Shown one piece after another: positions 61,118-64,000 of a stretch of DNA of 64,000 bases. The notes beneath the pieces are model-generated. The model did no database searches. It saw only the letters and a program-made list of their open reading frames with translations, and was not told where the DNA came from. Made by a program: the position numbers and the translations under genes. The DNA is from Actinomycetes bacterium (GTDB lineage: Bacteria; Actinomycetota; Thermoleophilia; BMS3ABIN01). Each line of letters starts with the position of its first letter. Position 1 is the stretch's first letter. The DNA is taken from assembly GCA_021787475.1 (NCBI GenBank), contig JAJYLW010000002.1:56249-120248 (forward strand), read 5' to 3'.

Positions 61118-62812
61118 TCAGACCGCCGCCTTCCTGAGCGCTGCCGCGTGCGCCCGCGCCTGTCTGTCTTCCGGACCCGAACCCATCATCCGGCAGAGCT
61201 CATCAACTACCTCGGTTTCTGTCAGGCGGGCGACATCCGTGACTGTATTTGAATCGTCGCTTATTTTGCTTACGACAAAGTGCGCATCGGCATAGCATGC
61301 TATCTGGGGAAGGTGGGTAATGCAGACGATCTGGGCGTCGCGCGCCAGTTTCTTCAGCTTGGCGCCCACCGCCAGCCCGGTCTTGCCGCCGATGCCGGCA
61401 TCAATCTCGTCAAACAGCAGCGTTCCGGCTCCGGCATCAGGCGCGGCACTCTTGATCGCCAGCATGATCCGGGAAAGCTCGCCGCCGGAAGCTGTCTTTC
61501 TCACCGGCTCCGCCGGCATGCCCGGGTTTAAATCGGCAAGAAACTCAACCGCGTCGGCGCCGGCAGGCGCCAGATGCGCGGCGGCCAGATTTGAATCGCC
61601 GCCCTCCCGGCCAGAGAGCCCGATCTTCAGGCTTGCCTTTGGAAACGCCAACTCGCGCAGGTGGGCGGTTACCTCTCGCTCCAGCCTCTTGGCGGCAGCC
61701 TGGCGCATCTGCCTTAGCTTGACTGCCAGCCGGACGGCCTCTTCCTCCGCTGCCTGCAAATCCTGCCGCAGGGTTAAGAGATCCTCCTGCGACGCTGAAG
61801 CCCGGGAGAGCCGCTCCCCGCAGCCAGAGGCATAGGCGAGCACCGCCTCGATGTCGCCGCCGTATTTCCGTTTTAACTCCGCCAGCAGCTCCAGCCTCTC
61901 CTCGACCGCAGCCAGCGCGGCCGGGTCAAGCTCAACTGCTTCAGTATAGCTGCGGGCGTCGCGGCCCGTTTCCTCCAGCTCAAAAAAACTTGTCTTAAGC
62001 CGCGCCAGCAAGTCGTCAAAGCCTTTGTCGATGCCGGCGGCGGCCTCGAGGCGCGTCATCGCTCCTGCCAGTTCTTCCATTACCCCCGCCGCTTCCGGCG
62101 CCGCCCCGAGGACGCCGGCCAGATGCCCGGCCGCCTCTTGCAACTCTTTGGCTCTAAGCAGCCGCCGCCGCTTAGCGTCAAGAGTCGCGTCCTCGCCCGG
62201 AACGGGTGCGGCTGACTCAATCTCCTGAAGCTGGAATGCGATCAGCTGCGCCTCCTGTCCGGATGACTCCGCGGCCCTGACCACGGTTTCCAGACGTTCG
62301 CCGAGATCCGCCAGCCTCTGGTAGAGCAGCCCGTATTCATCACGCAAAGCCAGGAGATCCCGTCCGCCAAACCTGTCGAGGATGTCAAGCTGGTTGGAAG
62401 ACATCATCAAGCGGCGCTGCTCATGCTGACCGGAAAATCTGAGGCAACTGCCCGCAAGCTGGCGCAGCACTCCCATGCCGACCGCGTGGCCGCCGGCATA
62501 TCCGCGGCTGCGCCCGTCACGAAAAAGGCGCCGGCGGACGATCAGTTGCCCGTCTTCGGGCACGTCAAACCTGTCTGCCAGCGGCGAGAAAAAACCGGGC
62601 GGCATGGAGAAGACTGCCTCTACCGATGCTTCAGCGGTGCCGGGCCGTATCAGGCCGTTATCGACCCGCGCCCCCAGCAGAAGCCGGGTCGCATGCGCGA
62701 GAATTGTCTTTCCCGTCCCGGTTTCACCGGTGATGACGTTCAGTCCGGGTGCAAACTCCAGCCGGGCGGCGCCGATTACGGCCAGGTTCTCGATTGAAAG
62801 CTCAGTCAGCAA
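61118..62812 (-). CDS. recN: DNA repair protein RecN
   Basis: N-terminal Walker A GETGTGKTIL, long coiled coils and a C-terminal signature/Walker B. Confidence 0.85.
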   Translation of the reverse strand: MLTELSIENLAVIGAARLEFAPGLNVITGETGTGKTILAHATRLLLGARVDNGLIRPGTAEASVEAVFSMPPGFFSPLADRFDVPEDGQLIVRRRLFRDGRSRGYAGGHAVGMGVLRQLAGSCLRFSGQHEQRRLMMSSNQLDILDRFGGRDLLALRDEYGLLYQRLADLGERLETVVRAAESSGQEAQLIAFQLQEIESAAPVPGEDATLDAKRRRLLRAKELQEAAGHLAGVLGAAPEAAGVMEELAGAMTRLEAAAGIDKGFDDLLARLKTSFFELEETGRDARSYTEAVELDPAALAAVEERLELLAELKRKYGGDIEAVLAYASGCGERLSRASASQEDLLTLRQDLQAAEEEAVRLAVKLRQMRQAAAKRLEREVTAHLRELAFPKASLKIGLSGREGGDSNLAAAHLAPAGADAVEFLADLNPGMPAEPVRKTASGGELSRIMLAIKSAAPDAGAGTLLFDEIDAGIGGKTGLAVGAKLKKLARDAQIVCITHLPQIACYADAHFVVSKISDDSNTVTDVARLTETEVVDELCRMMGSGPEDRQARAHAAALRKAAV

Positions 62813-63779
62813 CGCCGGGGGCTTCCTGGGCGGAAGGACGGATGAATTTGTCCCTCAGCGTTCGGTGAAAATCCGAACCGGGCACACGCACCAGGCGCGC
62901 CTTGCGCTCCGATATCGCGATCCCGAGCCTCTCTCCCGCCGGCAGGTGGGAACATTCCCGCCCGTCCACGCAAATGCCGACCTCGGCGCTGAGAGAGCGG
63001 TTCGTGATCCAGAGCTTCTGGAGGGAACCCAAAACCAGCGGCCTAAACCGGAGCGTATGCGGGGCAATAGCCGACAGAATAAACGCTTCCATTCCGAGCG
63101 ACATAAAGGGACCGCCGTTGGAAAGATTGTAGGCGGTAGATCCCGCCGGCGTCGCGGCGACCATGCCATCGCAGGAAACAGTGTCCATCTCCACCCCGCC
63201 GACCGCGTAACCAAGCCGCACAACCGAGCCGGCTGCTGGTTTGTTCAGGACAACATCGTTGACGGCCAGACTGCAGGCGCCGCCCTGGACAAGCTCGAGC
63301 ATCGTCAGCTCCAACAGGCTGAACTGCCCTTCCAGCACCTGTTTTAATCCCGCGGGAATGTCTTCAGGCGCCAGCGCCGACAAAAACCCCATTCGGCCGA
63401 AGTTGACCCCGAGCACGGGCGTGCCCATTTGCCTGAAGCGGCTGAAAGCGCGCAAAATCGTGCCGTCTCCGCCCAGGGCGACGCAAAAATCAACGTCAGC
63501 GTCCGTCAGCGTGGGCACAACCGCCGCCAGTTGCAATTCAGCCGCAATTCCTGACTTCTCCGCCTCGCGCTCAGGAATCACCACTTCAACCGAAAGCTCG
63601 CGGCACAAATCCAGGATTTGCCTGAATGCCGTGTTTGTGGCTTCGGACCAGCCGTGAGTGATGACTGCGATTTTTTTGACCAGCGGTTTCTCCTTATGCT
63701 CAGGGAAAGAACGGCGCCAGCCTGATTCTGCGGCCTTGGCACTTATCCCGGCAGGAGTATCCTGCTGCGTCCTCGCCAC
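62802..63779 (-). CDS. nadK: NAD kinase
   Basis: GGDGTIL motif and the NAD-kinase C-terminal beta-sandwich. Synteny tlyA-nadK-recN. Confidence 0.8.
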   Translation of the reverse strand: MARTQQDTPAGISAKAAESGWRRSFPEHKEKPLVKKIAVITHGWSEATNTAFRQILDLCRELSVEVVIPEREAEKSGIAAELQLAAVVPTLTDADVDFCVALGGDGTILRAFSRFRQMGTPVLGVNFGRMGFLSALAPEDIPAGLKQVLEGQFSLLELTMLELVQGGACSLAVNDVVLNKPAAGSVVRLGYAVGGVEMDTVSCDGMVAATPAGSTAYNLSNGGPFMSLGMEAFILSAIAPHTLRFRPLVLGSLQKLWITNRSLSAEVGICVDGRECSHLPAGERLGIAISERKARLVRVPGSDFHRTLRDKFIRPSAQEAPGVAD

Positions 63780-63844
63780 GAGTACCTGCCAAGATAAGCT
63801 CTTAATGAGACGACAGCGCGGGCAAGCCTGCCTTAAAGCCTGCC

Positions 63845-64000
63845 CTAAATCGTCTCTCTGCCAAAAAGGTGGCCGCGTCGCGCATCCAGGACCCGGCCCA
63901 GGACTTCATCAACAACCTGCTCTTTGTCAACTTCAGGCGCCGCGCCGGCAAGCCCCGCCGATCCGGAGCCGTCAGCCAGGTGCATCAGGTATTCGATGTT
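63845..64000 (-). CDS. 3' end of a gene running off the window, possibly a TlyA-family rRNA methyltransferase
   Basis: The open frame ends ...NIEYLMHLADGSGS...FGRETI-stop. The assignment rests on synteny and a weak C-terminal resemblance. Confidence 0.4.
   Translation of the reverse strand, partial: NIEYLMHLADGSGSAGLAGAAPEVDKEQVVDEVLGRVLDARRGHLFGRETI

Overview
This 64 kb window has a GC content of roughly 58-60%. It looks like a bacterial chromosomal segment dominated by housekeeping genes, almost all on the minus strand, with an accessory region at its left end. That left end contains the 3' part of a large serine recombinase gene reading antisense across a tRNA-Pro gene, which looks like the edge of an integrated element lying upstream of the window. 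Next come pilT and tRNA-Gln, then a frameshifted PEBP-family lipoprotein gene, then an intact signalling module and a decayed paralogous copy. The intact module is a PAS histidine kinase, a stand-alone receiver and a REC-PAS-PP2C phosphatase. The decayed copy is a PAS-PAS kinase with an in-frame TAA, two 1-nt frameshifts and a C9T9 tract, followed by a frameshifted receiver. After that come two GT-C-fold membrane glycosyltransferases and an ABC-2 transporter. The rest of the window is core metabolism: gltX with an adjacent tRNA-Glu, cell-wall hydrolases, and a TPP-riboswitch-controlled thiamin operon (thi4, an unknown gene, thiE, thiC, thiL, thiD). It continues with rpoD-dnaG-dgt, ppdK, glyQS, recO, mltG-ruvX-alaS, a group-3 sigma factor, mnmA carrying a degenerate IscU-like N-terminal domain, aspS-hisS, deoB-xerD-ald, pyrG, a ferredoxin/DUF362 pair and recN-nadK-(tlyA). 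There are four tRNA genes (Pro-CGG, Gln-CTG, Glu-CTC, Asn-GTT). Beyond the genes, I flag seven things as worth following up. (1) A small family of intergenic hairpin repeats of two types, totalling five copies, one with a T19 tract and with stem covariation. (2) Single-base deletions at short homopolymers, confined to accessory genes. (3) An uncharacterised Cys4 protein inside the thiamin operon next to Thi4. (4) The IscU-MnmA fusion. (5) A promoter-terminator arrangement in the pyrG leader. (6) Short 7-bp tandem repeats. (7) A 570 bp unannotated region with a Shine-Dalgarno-led 19-codon ORF and a strong hairpin. All calls come from reading the sequence and ORF translations by eye. No database searches were run, and coordinates of non-ORF features may be off by a few bases.
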